Part shown: positions 1 through 9,654 of the stretch, one piece after another
Layout of the letters: each line of letters starts with the position of its first letter
Position numbering within the stretch: the stretch's first letter is position 1
DNA from: an uncultured Anaerolineaceae bacterium
Lineage (GTDB): Bacteria > Chloroflexota > Anaerolineae > Anaerolineales > UBA4823
Direction of reading: 5' to 3'
DNA length: 64,000 bases
Assembly (NCBI GenBank): GCA_964525785.1
Contig: CAZGIX010000001.1
Coordinates: 6,249-70,248 of the forward strand
Translations under genes and position numbers: made by a program
The notes under the pieces: model-generated
Database searches by the model: none
Seen by the model: the letters and a program-made list of their open reading frames with translations, nothing else
Told to the model about the DNA's origin: nothing

Positions 1-399
1 TGGAGATGTCGGGATTCGAACCCGAGTCCGAAAGAAGCGATACTCGAACGTCTACGAGCATAGTCGATCGTTCATTATCGTCAGAAGCTCCACGACCGAC
101 AAAGGCAGTCTGCTGACTTACCGCTGGGACCCGAAAGCCCCTCTTTCACCTGGTTAGCGGTGTGTTCCAGGCGGCACTCCAGCATTCTCACGCCCGCTCC
201 TGCCTCCGGCTGGAGAGCGGGGCAGGCGGACGTGGCTCTACTTTAGAGAGCCAGCCACTCCGATACTCGCTTATGCAGCGAGAGGCAGAGCAGCGTAGTT
301 AGTGCGGTTGGCACTTGTTTTTTGCGCTGATTTACCGAGGTCGGCGCCTCTCGGCTCGCAGTCCGGGACCAACCTCTCCCGTCGAAGCCTGTCATCCCC
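1..399 (-). ncRNA. ssrA: tmRNA (SsrA), essentially complete; terminal CCA not encoded or beyond the window edge
   Basis: The reverse complement of 391-399 is the 5' end GGGGATGAC. The reverse complement of 1-25 is GGTTCGAATCCCGACATCTCCA, a tRNA-Ala-like T-arm and acceptor with a G3:U pair. The internal tag ORF on the minus strand (271-312) reads GCC AAC CGC ACT AAC TAC GCT GCT CTG CCT CTC GCT GCA TAA = ANRTNYAALPLAA*. Confidence 0.9.
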
Positions 400-410
400 G
401 TCGTGTAAAT

Positions 411-438
411 ATTATACATCACATTACAGTTTTGTTCA
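411..438 (-). promoter_or_regulatory. Candidate sigma-70 promoter for ssrA
   Basis: On the minus strand, TGAACA (433-438) is followed by a 16 nt spacer and TATAAT (411-416). The -10 element ends about 11 nt upstream of the tmRNA 5' end. Confidence 0.4.
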
Positions 439-515
439 TGTTATACTCGGATGAAACTTTCCGAGTACGGTGGGGTTTCTACTTGTAGAAATCCTCACTG
501 TGACGGGTGAGGATA

Positions 516-1133
516 ATGCTAGAGCTTACTGACGAAACCGCCCTGTTGCTTGCCTCTGAGGGTGATGGTGAAGCATTTGGCGTTCTTTATGAACGCTATG
601 TTGCTCGCATTTATACATATATCTATTATCGAACCGGGAACAGCGACGACGCAGAGGATTTAACCGCGCGAGTCTTTTTCCGGGCGATGCGACATATCGG
701 TAATTACCGGCACCGAGGGCTGCCATTCTCGGCTTGGTTGTACCGGATTGCTCACAACCTGGTGGCAAACTGGTACAGAGACAAGAGCCGGCGAAGGGAG
801 ATACCACTGGATGAATTTGTGTTTGGACACCAAACCGGGGACCATCCAGAGTCTGAGCTGCTACAGAACGAAGAGCTGGAAAAGCTGTTAAAAGTCATTC
901 GTTATTTGCCAGCCGACCGTCAGCAGCTACTGATATTGAAATTTGTCGAACATTTATCGAATGCTGAGATTGGACGAATTATGGGGCGTTCGGAAGGAGC
1001 GGTGAAGAGCCTGTACCACAGGACCTTGCTCAATTTGCGAGATGAGTATGACCGGTTTCGAGAACAAACGAGCCCCGACGAACATTACTCAGTAACGATG
1101 TTATCTGGGAACGGGAAGAGAAGAGCGATATGA
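516..1133 (+). CDS. ECF (sigma-70 family, group 4) RNA polymerase sigma factor
   Basis: Region 2 is FSAWLYRIAHNLVANWYRD and the region 4 HTH is LSNAEIGRIMGRSEGAVKSLYHRTL. The ORF opens at GTG 507. ATG 516 is preceded by GGTGAGGA, so the start is uncertain between 507 and 516. Confidence 0.85.
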   Translation: MLELTDETALLLASEGDGEAFGVLYERYVARIYTYIYYRTGNSDDAEDLTARVFFRAMRHIGNYRHRGLPFSAWLYRIAHNLVANWYRDKSRRREIPLDEFVFGHQTGDHPESELLQNEELEKLLKVIRYLPADRQQLLILKFVEHLSNAEIGRIMGRSEGAVKSLYHRTLLNLRDEYDRFREQTSPDEHYSVTMLSGNGKRRAI

Positions 1134-1474
1134 GAGCAAAACTAATGGGGATAATTCACAGGGGAAAAGTGCAGGACGATCAATTTGGGTCTTTGGAGGC
1201 CAACTTGGATGAGGCGCTTCAGCCGGTAGAGCCGCGCCCGGAATATATTCGCCGCCTGCGATACCAGATAGTCCATCAGTATCAACCAGTTCGTGCGGAA
1301 ATCCGTGCCGAAAGGCAGCGAACTGCCATTATATTGGGAGCCGGCGTGTTAGGAGCAGCCCTGGCGGTTGTGATGGGTGTGCGTATGGTTGTAACAATCG
1401 TGGCAGGTATCGGACTGCTCCTGCAACTCAAGAAGAGAACAGAATTACCAGCAGCGATCTCAATCCGATCGTAG
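1130..1474 (+). CDS. Putative membrane anti-sigma factor / hypothetical membrane protein
   Basis: An ATGA overlap with the sigma factor stop implies translational coupling. The C-terminal hydrophobic stretch is AIILGAGVLGAALAVVMGVRMVVTIVAGIGLLL. There is no HxxxCxxC zinc motif. The role is inferred from position only. Confidence 0.45.
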   Translation: MRAKLMGIIHRGKVQDDQFGSLEANLDEALQPVEPRPEYIRRLRYQIVHQYQPVRAEIRAERQRTAIILGAGVLGAALAVVMGVRMVVTIVAGIGLLLQLKKRTELPAAISIRS

Positions 1475-1478
1475 AGGA

Positions 1479-2252
1479 TTATTGATCACGAAGTAAAAGC
1501 AAAAGCATCGTTGTAGGGGTTTTAGCAATCACGCTGTGGGGGAGATGGGCAGGCATATGCACCCAGGTCCCAGTTTGCGCGTCAGACTTATCTCCGCCGA
1601 GAATAAGCGTCACTTCTCCAGATAGTATGTGTATGATGGCTGGCGTTGAGGCTGTGTGTTCTGAAAGCTCCTGTCCTTGAGCAAACCCAAACAGCACAGC
1701 TTTGAGCTGCTCGTCAGAATAGATCGTACGGCTGACAATGCTGTCAGAAGGGATTTCTGGGATCTCCAGGGACAAGTCCTTTTTTAACTGGTAGGTTGGC
1801 GTCATATCTTCCCCAAAGAGTGGTTTGATTGGCTCGACCTCAGCGATCGAGGTATCGCCCTCGGGTATGTGCCGGCTTTGTTCGCCAGGCATAGGCAAAT
1901 TACTGTAAAGTTCAGCGATCAGCCAACGGGCTTTAGCAATCAGGTCGACATCAACCGGTAAAGTGAACTCCGGAGTAACGCGCAGCAGCAGGTGTTGTGC
2001 TGCCTCTTGGACCAAAAGTGATACATCATCGATTTCGCATAGATATTTCAGCCTTTCGTAGGCGCTTGGACCTGGAATTGGCAGACCGCGCAGCTTGAGA
2101 TATTCACCAATGGCAATGCCAGCTGCTCGCCGTGCACATACACGTGCCTGACCTTCATTTCCAGCCGCACGGGCTTTTTCGGCGCGCGCAAGTTCTGCCT
2201 GTATTCGGGAAAATTCAGGATAGAAATCTAAATCGCCGGGTGTGTCGTCCAC
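1479..2252 (-). CDS. Cupin-domain protein with an N-terminal helical domain of unknown function
   Basis: C-terminal cupin pattern: GQELSEHTASTPAIIHILSGEVTL...GTWVHMPAHLPHSV. The start codon is GTG. The N-terminal ~150 aa are not recognised. Confidence 0.6.
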   Translation of the reverse strand: MDDTPGDLDFYPEFSRIQAELARAEKARAAGNEGQARVCARRAAGIAIGEYLKLRGLPIPGPSAYERLKYLCEIDDVSLLVQEAAQHLLLRVTPEFTLPVDVDLIAKARWLIAELYSNLPMPGEQSRHIPEGDTSIAEVEPIKPLFGEDMTPTYQLKKDLSLEIPEIPSDSIVSRTIYSDEQLKAVLFGFAQGQELSEHTASTPAIIHILSGEVTLILGGDKSDAQTGTWVHMPAHLPHSVIAKTPTTMLLLLLRDQ

Positions 2253-2342
2253 GCCTGGATTGTATCATGGGATGCTGATGATTGATTCTTGACGGGAATG
2301 CATCCTGGCAATAGAATTTAGCGGCAAACCAGGAGATAGGCG

Positions 2343-2570
2343 ATGAGTCGTGATTTACGGCGTTATGCCAGGCAGACCAATGTCCGGCTGTTTGCCGGTT
2401 TTTTGTTGATACTGTTCTTGATTGGCGACGGATTGATCTATGTTATTTACGGGCGCAGCGCTGCTGTAATGGGCTTGTTGTGTATGTTGTTTGGCTTGGT
2501 CCCACTATTGCTGATCGGGCTGGCACTCTGGATAATAGATTTAATCATCAGGCGTGCGAATCAGGAGTAA
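2343..2570 (+). CDS. Small two-TM membrane protein (hypothetical)
   Basis: AGGAGA RBS before the ATG. Two hydrophobic helices, with Arg-rich termini. The gene ends 2 nt before the next gene. Confidence 0.5.
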   Translation: MSRDLRRYARQTNVRLFAGFLLILFLIGDGLIYVIYGRSAAVMGLLCMLFGLVPLLLIGLALWIIDLIIRRANQE

Positions 2571-2572
2571 GG

Positions 2573-3220
2573 ATGAGTTCTCGATTGATCGACCGTACTA
2601 TTGGTGATTGGGTGCTCCGGCAAAGAGTGCCACCAGGTCCACCACCCTATGCTCTCATTTTGCTGCTTCACGGTTGGACTGGCGACGAGAATGCGATGTG
2701 GGTCTTCGCTTCACGGATGCCAAAAGATGCCTTGTTAGTTGCGTTGCGCGGTATCTATGAGACTCCCCTGGGCGGATACGGCTGGCACCCGCATAGGGCG
2801 AGAGGCTGGCCCTGGGTAGACGAATTCCAACCTGCGGTAGAAGGTCTCGTCGATCTGCTTACGCCCGAAAATTTTCCTGAGGCAGACCCGTCATCTATAC
2901 GGTTGGTCGGTTTCAGTCAAGGGGCGGCATTGTGCTACGCCTGGGCAATGCAGCATCCGCAGAAAATCAAGTCGCTGGCTGGATTGTCTGGATTCCTGCC
3001 AGAAGGAGCCGAAGCCCTGGCGCGCAATCGTCCGCTGCTTGGCAAAACGGTCTTTGTTGCCCACGGGACTCAGGACGAGCTGGTACCGGTGGTGCGCGCA
3101 CGCCAGGCAGCGCAAGTGCTGGAACAAGCCGGGGCGCTGGTCACTTATTGCGAAGATGATGTCGGTCATAAACTCAGCTCAAATTGCTTCAGAGGCTTGC
3201 AGGAGTTCTTCTCTTATTAA
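2573..3220 (+). CDS. Alpha/beta hydrolase, phospholipase/carboxylesterase family
   Basis: Motifs LLLHGWTGDE, the nucleophile elbow GFSQGAAL, and HGTQDELVP. ATG 2573 has an AGGAG RBS at 2563-2567. The track ORF from 2480 overlaps the previous gene and was trimmed. Confidence 0.8.
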   Translation: MSSRLIDRTIGDWVLRQRVPPGPPPYALILLLHGWTGDENAMWVFASRMPKDALLVALRGIYETPLGGYGWHPHRARGWPWVDEFQPAVEGLVDLLTPENFPEADPSSIRLVGFSQGAALCYAWAMQHPQKIKSLAGLSGFLPEGAEALARNRPLLGKTVFVAHGTQDELVPVVRARQAAQVLEQAGALVTYCEDDVGHKLSSNCFRGLQEFFSY

Positions 3221-3316
3221 TCCGTAATAGACTTCAGTACCCGGCCCTCCATCAGAGGTCGGTTATAATAACCACGACTTTCAGATAAGCGATGGAAGGG
3301 CAGGGATTATTTAATA

Positions 3317-4708
3317 ATGAAGCTGTTCTTGTTTGACACTTTTTCACGCAGCTTGCGAGAATTTGAGCCGATCCAGCGTGGGGAGGTAGGTATGTACACC
3401 TGCGGACCCACCGTTTACGATTATGCTCATATTGGTAATTTACGCACCTATATCTTTGAAGATGTTCTGCGGCGGGTGTTGGAGTTTAATGGCTATCGGG
3501 TAAAGCATGTGATGAATATTACCGATGTCGGTCATCTTGTATCGGACGCGGATGAGGGTGAAGATAGGATGGAAAAAGGCTCGCGCCGTACCGGGATGTC
3601 CGCCTGGGATATTGCCAGGCTGTATACCGAGGAGTTCATCGCTGATATGCACCGCCTCAATATCCTGGAGCCAACTATCTGGTGCAAAGCGACAGACCAT
3701 ATACAAGAGCAAATCGATTTCATCCAATGCATTGAGGCGAAAGAGTATACCTACCGGACATCCGATGGGATCTACTTCGATACTGCCAGGCTGGAGGATT
3801 ACGGACACCTGGGACGCCTGGACGTCGAAGGTTTACAGGCAGGGGCACGTATCGAGATGGGGGAAAAGCGCCATCTAACGGACTTCGCCCTGTGGAAATT
3901 TAGCTCACCAGATCAAAGGCGCCAGATGGAGTGGGACAGCCCCTGGGGAACAGGTTTTCCGGGTTGGCATATCGAGTGCTCTGCCATGTCTGCAAAATAC
4001 CTGGGACCATTCTTTGATATTCACTGCGGTGGTGAAGACCACATCAACGTGCACCATACGAATGAGATTGCCCAGACTGAGGCATGCTATGGTACGCGCC
4101 TGGCGAATTTCTGGATGCACGGTTATTTCCTGCAGATAGATGAAGCTCGTATGGGCAAATCAGTGGGCAATTTCCTGCGCGTCCAAACCCTGGTCGATCG
4201 GGGGTACGATCCATTGGTGTGGCGGTACTTCTGCCTGAATGCCAACTACCGCACCAAGCTGAACTTCACCTGGGAGAGCGTCGATGGTGCAGGGACATCG
4301 CTGGATCGCTTGCGCGCAGCCGTATACGATTGGGGCGAACCCGGTCGCGAGGATGTGGAGTTTGTTCAAGAGTTCACCGAGGCGGTCAATGATGACCTCA
4401 ACATGCCGCGCGCCCTGGCAGTGACCTGGGAACTGGTGAAAAGTGGTATAGATCCAGCCACGAAAAAAGCCACTATCCTTATCTTTGATCGCGTCCTGGG
4501 GCTGCGACTGGCAGATTGGCAGCCAAAGGAGCAAATTATCCCTGCAGAGATTTTCGATTTAGTGGAGCAACGCCAATTTGCACGCCAAGAAAAACGCTGG
4601 CAAGATGCAGACAATCTGCGCAAGCAGGTATCGGACGCAGGGTATGATATCGAGGATACTCCGCAAGGCCCACGTGTGAAACAGAAGAAGCATGTGATAG
4701 CTGGATAA
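3317..4708 (+). CDS. cysS: Cysteine--tRNA ligase
   Basis: Class I aaRS. It has [21 protein letters not shown] (HIGH-type motif), the CysRS core WHIECSAM, and the KMSKS-type motif RMGKSVGN. Confidence 0.95.
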   Translation: MKLFLFDTFSRSLREFEPIQRGEVGMYTCGPTVYDYAHIGNLRTYIFEDVLRRVLEFNGYRVKHVMNITDVGHLVSDADEGEDRMEKGSRRTGMSAWDIARLYTEEFIADMHRLNILEPTIWCKATDHIQEQIDFIQCIEAKEYTYRTSDGIYFDTARLEDYGHLGRLDVEGLQAGARIEMGEKRHLTDFALWKFSSPDQRRQMEWDSPWGTGFPGWHIECSAMSAKYLGPFFDIHCGGEDHINVHHTNEIAQTEACYGTRLANFWMHGYFLQIDEARMGKSVGNFLRVQTLVDRGYDPLVWRYFCLNANYRTKLNFTWESVDGAGTSLDRLRAAVYDWGEPGREDVEFVQEFTEAVNDDLNMPRALAVTWELVKSGIDPATKKATILIFDRVLGLRLADWQPKEQIIPAEIFDLVEQRQFARQEKRWQDADNLRKQVSDAGYDIEDTPQGPRVKQKKHVIAG

Positions 4709-4730
4709 TTATTCAAGGCAGCAGGTGCAT

Positions 4731-5525
4731 ATGAAATTAGCAATCACCGGAAAAGGGGGTGTGGGGAAGACCACACTCTCGGCATTACTGGCACAGGTTT
4801 ATGCAGATATGGGACGCCAGGTATTGGCAGTCGATGCCGATCCATCCCCGTGCCTGGCGGGCGCGCTGGGTTTTCCAGACGAGCTGCGTGAGAAGCTGGT
4901 ACCCATATCGGAAATGGATGACCTGATCTACGAACGAACCGGGGCGAGACCAGGCACCACTGGCGGCTTTTTCACTCTCAACCCGCGCGTGGATGATATC
5001 CCCGAGCGTTTCAGCGTTATACACAGGGGTGTGCGCCTTCTGGAAATGGGCGCGGTGGACATCGGTGGGTCGGGCTGCATCTGTCCGGAAAGCGCCATGC
5101 TCAAGACGCTGTTCACCCATCTGCTCTTCCGCAAAGATGATGTGTTAATATTGGACATGTATGCCGGTGTTGAGCATCTGGGGCGCGCCACAGTAGATTT
5201 TGTAGATGCTATGCTGGTAGTGGTTGAACCCACGCGCCGCAGCCTGGGTACCGCCGCACAGATCAAGAAACTTGCCAACGATATTGGCCTGACACGCCTG
5301 TGGCTGGTAGGCAACAAGGTGCGTAATGCGGATGAATCCGAGTTTTTGAGCAAGGAAACTCCCGGAATACCGGTACTTGGATACTTAACCGCTGACCTCG
5401 GTGTCCAGGAGGCTGACCGGTTGGGTATCGCGGTGTATGATCATGTCCCTCCGCTGCATAATGCAGCGGTAAAAATGGCGGCTGAGTTGGTAGCCCAGAT
5501 AGACAATGAGCGTAGTGTGAGTTAA
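4731..5525 (+). CDS. cooC: CooC/AcsF-family P-loop NTPase (Ni-insertion accessory protein type)
   Basis: Deviant Walker A ITGKGGVGKTT, a CXC metal motif GSGCICPES, and a MinD/ParA-like fold. Start is ATG 4731 (GTG 4725 is also possible). Confidence 0.75.
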   Translation: MKLAITGKGGVGKTTLSALLAQVYADMGRQVLAVDADPSPCLAGALGFPDELREKLVPISEMDDLIYERTGARPGTTGGFFTLNPRVDDIPERFSVIHRGVRLLEMGAVDIGGSGCICPESAMLKTLFTHLLFRKDDVLILDMYAGVEHLGRATVDFVDAMLVVVEPTRRSLGTAAQIKKLANDIGLTRLWLVGNKVRNADESEFLSKETPGIPVLGYLTADLGVQEADRLGIAVYDHVPPLHNAAVKMAAELVAQIDNERSVS

Positions 5526-5543
5526 TTTATTGGAGATTTTGCG

Positions 5544-6332
5544 ATGACGATTACGATTGCATTAGCTGGTAAAGGTGGGGTCGGTAAAACGACCATCGCG
5601 GGGATGGTGATCAAATACCTGGTGCACAGCCAGCCCGGTGCGGTGCTGGCGATTGACGCAGACCCAAGCAGCAATTTAAATATGGTGCTCGGCTTAGATT
5701 TGGATTGGACAGTAGGGGATATCCGTGAGGGTATGCTCTCACAAGTGAAGGAATCGCTGTTCATGGGTGGGGCAGCTATGGGGACGATGCCCGGCGGGGT
5801 CTCCAAACGCGATTACCTGGATATGCAAATCCGCTCGTCACTGGCAGAAGGAGAGCAGTTTGACCTCATCGCAATGGGTCGTTCTGAAGGTCAAGGCTGC
5901 TACTGTGCTGTGAACCACAACCTGCGTGAGGTGGTCGATTCCATCAGCCGGAACTACGCCTACGTCGTTATTGATAATGAGGCCGGCATGGAGCACCTCA
6001 GCCGGCGTACCACGCGCGATGTGCAGCATCTGCTGGTCGTCAGCGATCCAACCCAGCGCGGCATCGTGGCTGCAGAACGAATTGCAGGATTTCGGGACGA
6101 GCTGGATATCCGCATTGAGAATGTCTACCTTATCATCAACCGTTTGAGTGGGCAGATGCCGGCGGAGCTGCACAAGCGCATTGAGGCGCTGGGGATTCCC
6201 TTGTTGGGGGTTGTACCAGCGAGCGAGGAGTTGAGCGAATACGAATTCAGCGGGCGACCGCTGGTGGAACTGGGGAGTGAAAATCCGGTCTACCAGGCGG
6301 TAGCCGGGATGATGCAGTCGATACTAGGCTGA
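5544..6332 (+). CDS. cooC: CooC/AcsF-family P-loop NTPase, second paralogue
   Basis: Walker A LAGKGGVGKTT and CXC motif GQGCYCAVN. A GGAG RBS lies 8 nt upstream of the start. Confidence 0.75.
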   Translation: MTITIALAGKGGVGKTTIAGMVIKYLVHSQPGAVLAIDADPSSNLNMVLGLDLDWTVGDIREGMLSQVKESLFMGGAAMGTMPGGVSKRDYLDMQIRSSLAEGEQFDLIAMGRSEGQGCYCAVNHNLREVVDSISRNYAYVVIDNEAGMEHLSRRTTRDVQHLLVVSDPTQRGIVAAERIAGFRDELDIRIENVYLIINRLSGQMPAELHKRIEALGIPLLGVVPASEELSEYEFSGRPLVELGSENPVYQAVAGMMQSILG

Positions 6333-6421
6333 CTCGACCGCTTCGCGAGCGACATTCTACATTTTGGGCAGGTTGTGTGCGAAGAGTTGGTCCTTTTTCA
6401 GGCAATCGATTCCTGATCCAT

Positions 6422-8293
6422 TTAATCGATTTCCGACTGCAGCAGTCTGAGCAAGGATCGCCTAGCCAGTAAATCAGTGGTGATCATGCCTGCCACACAG
6501 CCGTTCTCGACGACCGGCATGGCGGAAATCTCGTGGTGCTCCAGCTTGTGGATAACCTCGACAATACTATCCGATGGATCAGCGGAAATAACGCTGCGGC
6601 TCATGATCTCAGACAGCGGCTGGTCATCCGGCGAACCTTGTGCTGTGCCGCGGGTAATATCCCATTCGGTAACTACGCCCGCCAACTCACCCGCTGCGTT
6701 CAGGACAGCAAGAATGGGACTGCATGCTTCGACCAACAGCTCAGCAGCCTGGCGTACGTTTCTTGTTTCTGGGATAGTGGGAATAGATACCATGATCTCA
6801 GCCGCTTTGCGATCTCGCTCATGGGAGGCGATCCGGCGAATGCTGATTCGCTGGGCTGCATCGCAGGGCAACATGTCCGCATCTGAGATCAGTAACTCTA
6901 TCAGCTCACGCATGTTGCGCCGGATCACCTCTTCACGCATAAGCTCTGCAGCCTGCAAGCGGCATTCGGCCAGCTCTGCCAGTTCTTGCTCATGGTCGAC
7001 CAGCCAGGCCTCTACTGCCGTCTGATCCCCAAACATCTCAGCCGGGATACGAAGATGGTTTGGGGTTTTGATCAGCTGTTCCTGGGCGGCAAAGATTACT
7101 CCTCCTGAGTTGACCAGGTAATCAGTGGCAATCAATGTGCCGCGCTGGCGGTAGACCTCCCGCTCAGTACGCGCCCGGGCAGCTCTCCGATCCGGGTCTG
7201 GAGAGTAGGTATTAGCGCCCTCGATGATCACAGACCATTTGCCCATGCGATCTACCGTCATCGATGGACGGCTAGAAGGATCTGAATCCAGATAATTTGA
7301 TACTGGAGCCGCCGGGATCAGGCAGAACGCTGATTCACGCAGTAGATCATTCGGATCGGTTGAATATTTCGCCGTCAGCAGCAATCCAACCGGGGTAAGC
7401 AGATGTTCGTTATAAAAGGTACGTGTGACGAGATTACGCTCTTCCCAGATACGGAAGAGCTTGTCTACCGGCAGTCCCTCTTCGCTGTACAGATATCCCT
7501 GGATATCACTCACCCCGACCACACGCGCGTCTGGGATACGCTCTTTCAATATGCGGGCAGTGTGTGCACCTACTGCCCCGTAGCCCTGTATCAGAACTGA
7601 TAAATGTCCAGGGTGAGGTAGGGTAAGATCAGCAAACTGAGGAAGTGAACCCAGCCTTGGCATTTCTTCCAGGAGGGCCTGCAAGGCGATGATCAACCCG
7701 CCTGCCGCTGCTCCCAACTGGTCGATACGGTTGCCGCCCATTTCGACCGGTTTTGATACAACGCTGTCCAGCCCGTTTTCGATCGCAATGGTCTTCATGT
7801 CAGCATCGTTGGTGCCAACATCGGGGCCGGGCAGGAAGATGTCCGTATAGCGGCGCAGTAAACGGGCGAAAGCACGCACCACGTTTGCATGGATTTCTGG
7901 GGTCTGGTGGCGGTCAGCGATGATCCCGGCCTTCCCGCCACCGAAAGGCAAGTTCGCAGCCGCGTTTTTCAATGTCATGCCGCGCGCCAGGCTATAGATC
8001 GAAGCCGGGGTGACATCCGGCATCATGCGAATGCCACCCATCGAAGGCTTGCCCATAGCCAGATTGTCGATAACTAAATAGCCACCTATCTCGAGTGCTG
8101 ATTGTTCGTCCCACATGCATACAACCAGGGTCGGTCCCAGGTTATCTGCTTCGATCCCCAGGCGGTTAAGACGGTCTATGTCCAGGGCGTTGAATTCCAT
8201 AAAGCAATGCCCGTCTTCACATATCAAGCGGTTCTGCCATGTGCTCTCAGGCAGGCGTTCCCGCAGGAATGTTTCCATACGTCTTGGGATCAT
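6422..8293 (-). CDS. Glu/Leu/Phe/Val-type amino-acid dehydrogenase fused to a C-terminal CBS-domain pair
   Basis: MGGIRMMPDV...LPFGGGKAGI (catalytic Lys motif), GPDVGTN, and the Rossmann motif VLIQGYGAVGAH. The C-terminal ~120 aa show CBS pair patterns (ELAGVVTEWDI..., CVAGMITTDLL). Start taken at ATG 8293. The track ORF extends to 8428 into the upstream gene. Confidence 0.8.
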   Translation of the reverse strand: MIPRRMETFLRERLPESTWQNRLICEDGHCFMEFNALDIDRLNRLGIEADNLGPTLVVCMWDEQSALEIGGYLVIDNLAMGKPSMGGIRMMPDVTPASIYSLARGMTLKNAAANLPFGGGKAGIIADRHQTPEIHANVVRAFARLLRRYTDIFLPGPDVGTNDADMKTIAIENGLDSVVSKPVEMGGNRIDQLGAAAGGLIIALQALLEEMPRLGSLPQFADLTLPHPGHLSVLIQGYGAVGAHTARILKERIPDARVVGVSDIQGYLYSEEGLPVDKLFRIWEERNLVTRTFYNEHLLTPVGLLLTAKYSTDPNDLLRESAFCLIPAAPVSNYLDSDPSSRPSMTVDRMGKWSVIIEGANTYSPDPDRRAARARTEREVYRQRGTLIATDYLVNSGGVIFAAQEQLIKTPNHLRIPAEMFGDQTAVEAWLVDHEQELAELAECRLQAAELMREEVIRRNMRELIELLISDADMLPCDAAQRISIRRIASHERDRKAAEIMVSIPTIPETRNVRQAAELLVEACSPILAVLNAAGELAGVVTEWDITRGTAQGSPDDQPLSEIMSRSVISADPSDSIVEVIHKLEHHEISAMPVVENGCVAGMITTDLLARRSLLRLLQSEID

Positions 8294-8313
8294 GGTTGCG
8301 CACTCCGCAAAAA

Positions 8314-9579
8314 CTAGAGGTGAAGATTCTGAGCCGCTACGAATGACAGGCCATTTTGAGTGAGCGCCCAGGCAGTGCGATTGGTAGCTTCTACCTTGTC
8401 TAGGAAATTGAGCTGCATGGCATCCCAATCACCGCTTTCGATGACTTCACTTTTATCTCGGAAATAATCCAGAATATCGGACGGGTGCAGCCGGGTCTGG
8501 TCGATCTCCGGATCGCCGCCTTCGTGCTTGGCGGAGATATTGGCCACATGGTCTGCGATTTGTACCAGCTCGTCGCGGCGATTGTAAGGCTGGCGGACGA
8601 TGCTCTTCCACGTTTCGGTAATGTGGTGCTCGAAACGCACCACATCCTCGAAGCCCAGCGCCTTCCGGAACTGGGCAGTGATTTCCATGGTCTCGTTGTT
8701 GATCGAGTTGCTCCAATTGAAGCCGATCAGCGGGGAGGTGCCGTCATCCCGTGAGAACAGCTTGGCGCCGATCAAGGTCCATAATCCGGCATAGGGATTG
8801 TCGTTGCCCATAAATACTGATATCTTGAACTCGATGTTTATACCCAGCCGGTACAGGAGATAACCGACCAGGACAGTGCCGGGATTAATGTTCAGCACCT
8901 GGCGCACGCCGTAGTTTGTATAGTAATACAGGAATTCATCCAGCCATTTTAGGGGGTAGTGATTAGGTTCGCCGACGCCGCCAAAGTAGCCGGTTATGGT
9001 GGCGGGTCCTCCCAGATGAATATTGGAACCATCTGTGCCCTTGGTATCCAGTGTCTCGACATAGCTGGCGCCGATAATGTTCATCGCCGCGGCGATGGCT
9101 GGCAGATCGCCATCGGCTTCTTGCTCCTTCATTTTCCGTACTTTAATCCAACGTCCAGGCATTAAGGAACATTGCTCAATGGCGCGACGCGCCGCTGCAA
9201 TCACCCAGGGAAAATACTGGCAGGCGCTGACCTCTAAGGTGACGGCAAACTCATCCTTGAATGCTATCCGGTCTGCCCTGGTCCCCAAGACCGAGCGGCG
9301 GTAGTCAGCAAGGCTGACGAACGCTTTTCGATCACGCTGCTCTTCCAACCACTTCAAATCATCCAAGAATTTGGGTTGGGTCTCTTTCACGCGTTGGAGC
9401 AAGTTCGGCAGCTGGCGCGCCTGCTCTGCCTTCGCATTTATTTCGTCAGCCGTTCCGTACCTGGCGACCACCTCGAGGAAATTGTTGACTACTTGCATAT
9501 CTGGGTCCAGCAAGACTGCATTAATGTCGTCAAGACGCTCGGATGGGATCTTTAACAGTTGGCGTAAGTCATCATACAT
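8314..9579 (-). CDS. Conserved-looking hypothetical protein (421 aa), family not recognised
   Basis: Long clean ORF with ATG 9579 preceded by GGGAGA. It ends 20 nt upstream of the dehydrogenase::CBS gene. No Cys-rich, P-loop or Rossmann motif was seen. Confidence 0.6.
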   Translation of the reverse strand: MYDDLRQLLKIPSERLDDINAVLLDPDMQVVNNFLEVVARYGTADEINAKAEQARQLPNLLQRVKETQPKFLDDLKWLEEQRDRKAFVSLADYRRSVLGTRADRIAFKDEFAVTLEVSACQYFPWVIAAARRAIEQCSLMPGRWIKVRKMKEQEADGDLPAIAAAMNIIGASYVETLDTKGTDGSNIHLGGPATITGYFGGVGEPNHYPLKWLDEFLYYYTNYGVRQVLNINPGTVLVGYLLYRLGINIEFKISVFMGNDNPYAGLWTLIGAKLFSRDDGTSPLIGFNWSNSINNETMEITAQFRKALGFEDVVRFEHHITETWKSIVRQPYNRRDELVQIADHVANISAKHEGGDPEIDQTRLHPSDILDYFRDKSEVIESGDWDAMQLNFLDKVEATNRTAWALTQNGLSFVAAQNLHL

Positions 9580-9654
9580 TGTGGATTCTCCCGGAAAATA
9601 GAATTCCCATATAAAACACATAGCGTACATTCCTGCACGCTATGTGTCCATACC

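Noticed and set aside
1-506. tmRNA as an integration hotspot, suggesting a genomic island or prophage next to ssrA.
   Set aside because: The island side (3' of ssrA) lies outside the window. On the visible side there is no integrase, no duplicated ssrA 3' fragment and no phage gene.
3221-3316. A possible T-box or other leader upstream of cysS.
   Set aside because: Only 96 nt are available. No specifier-loop/T-box consensus or terminator/antiterminator pair is visible, only a weak imperfect hairpin and a TATAAT at 3264-3269.
6422-8428. Long N-terminal extensions in the ORF track: 6422-8428, 37350-38618, 2480-3220, 53680-54972, 32088-33278 and 52457-53710.
   Set aside because: The extensions run into the upstream gene and lack homology-like sequence. 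Internal starts with an RBS and stop/start coupling (8293, 38192, 2573, 54861, 33215, 53677) explain the loci better, so these are read-through in GC-rich DNA.
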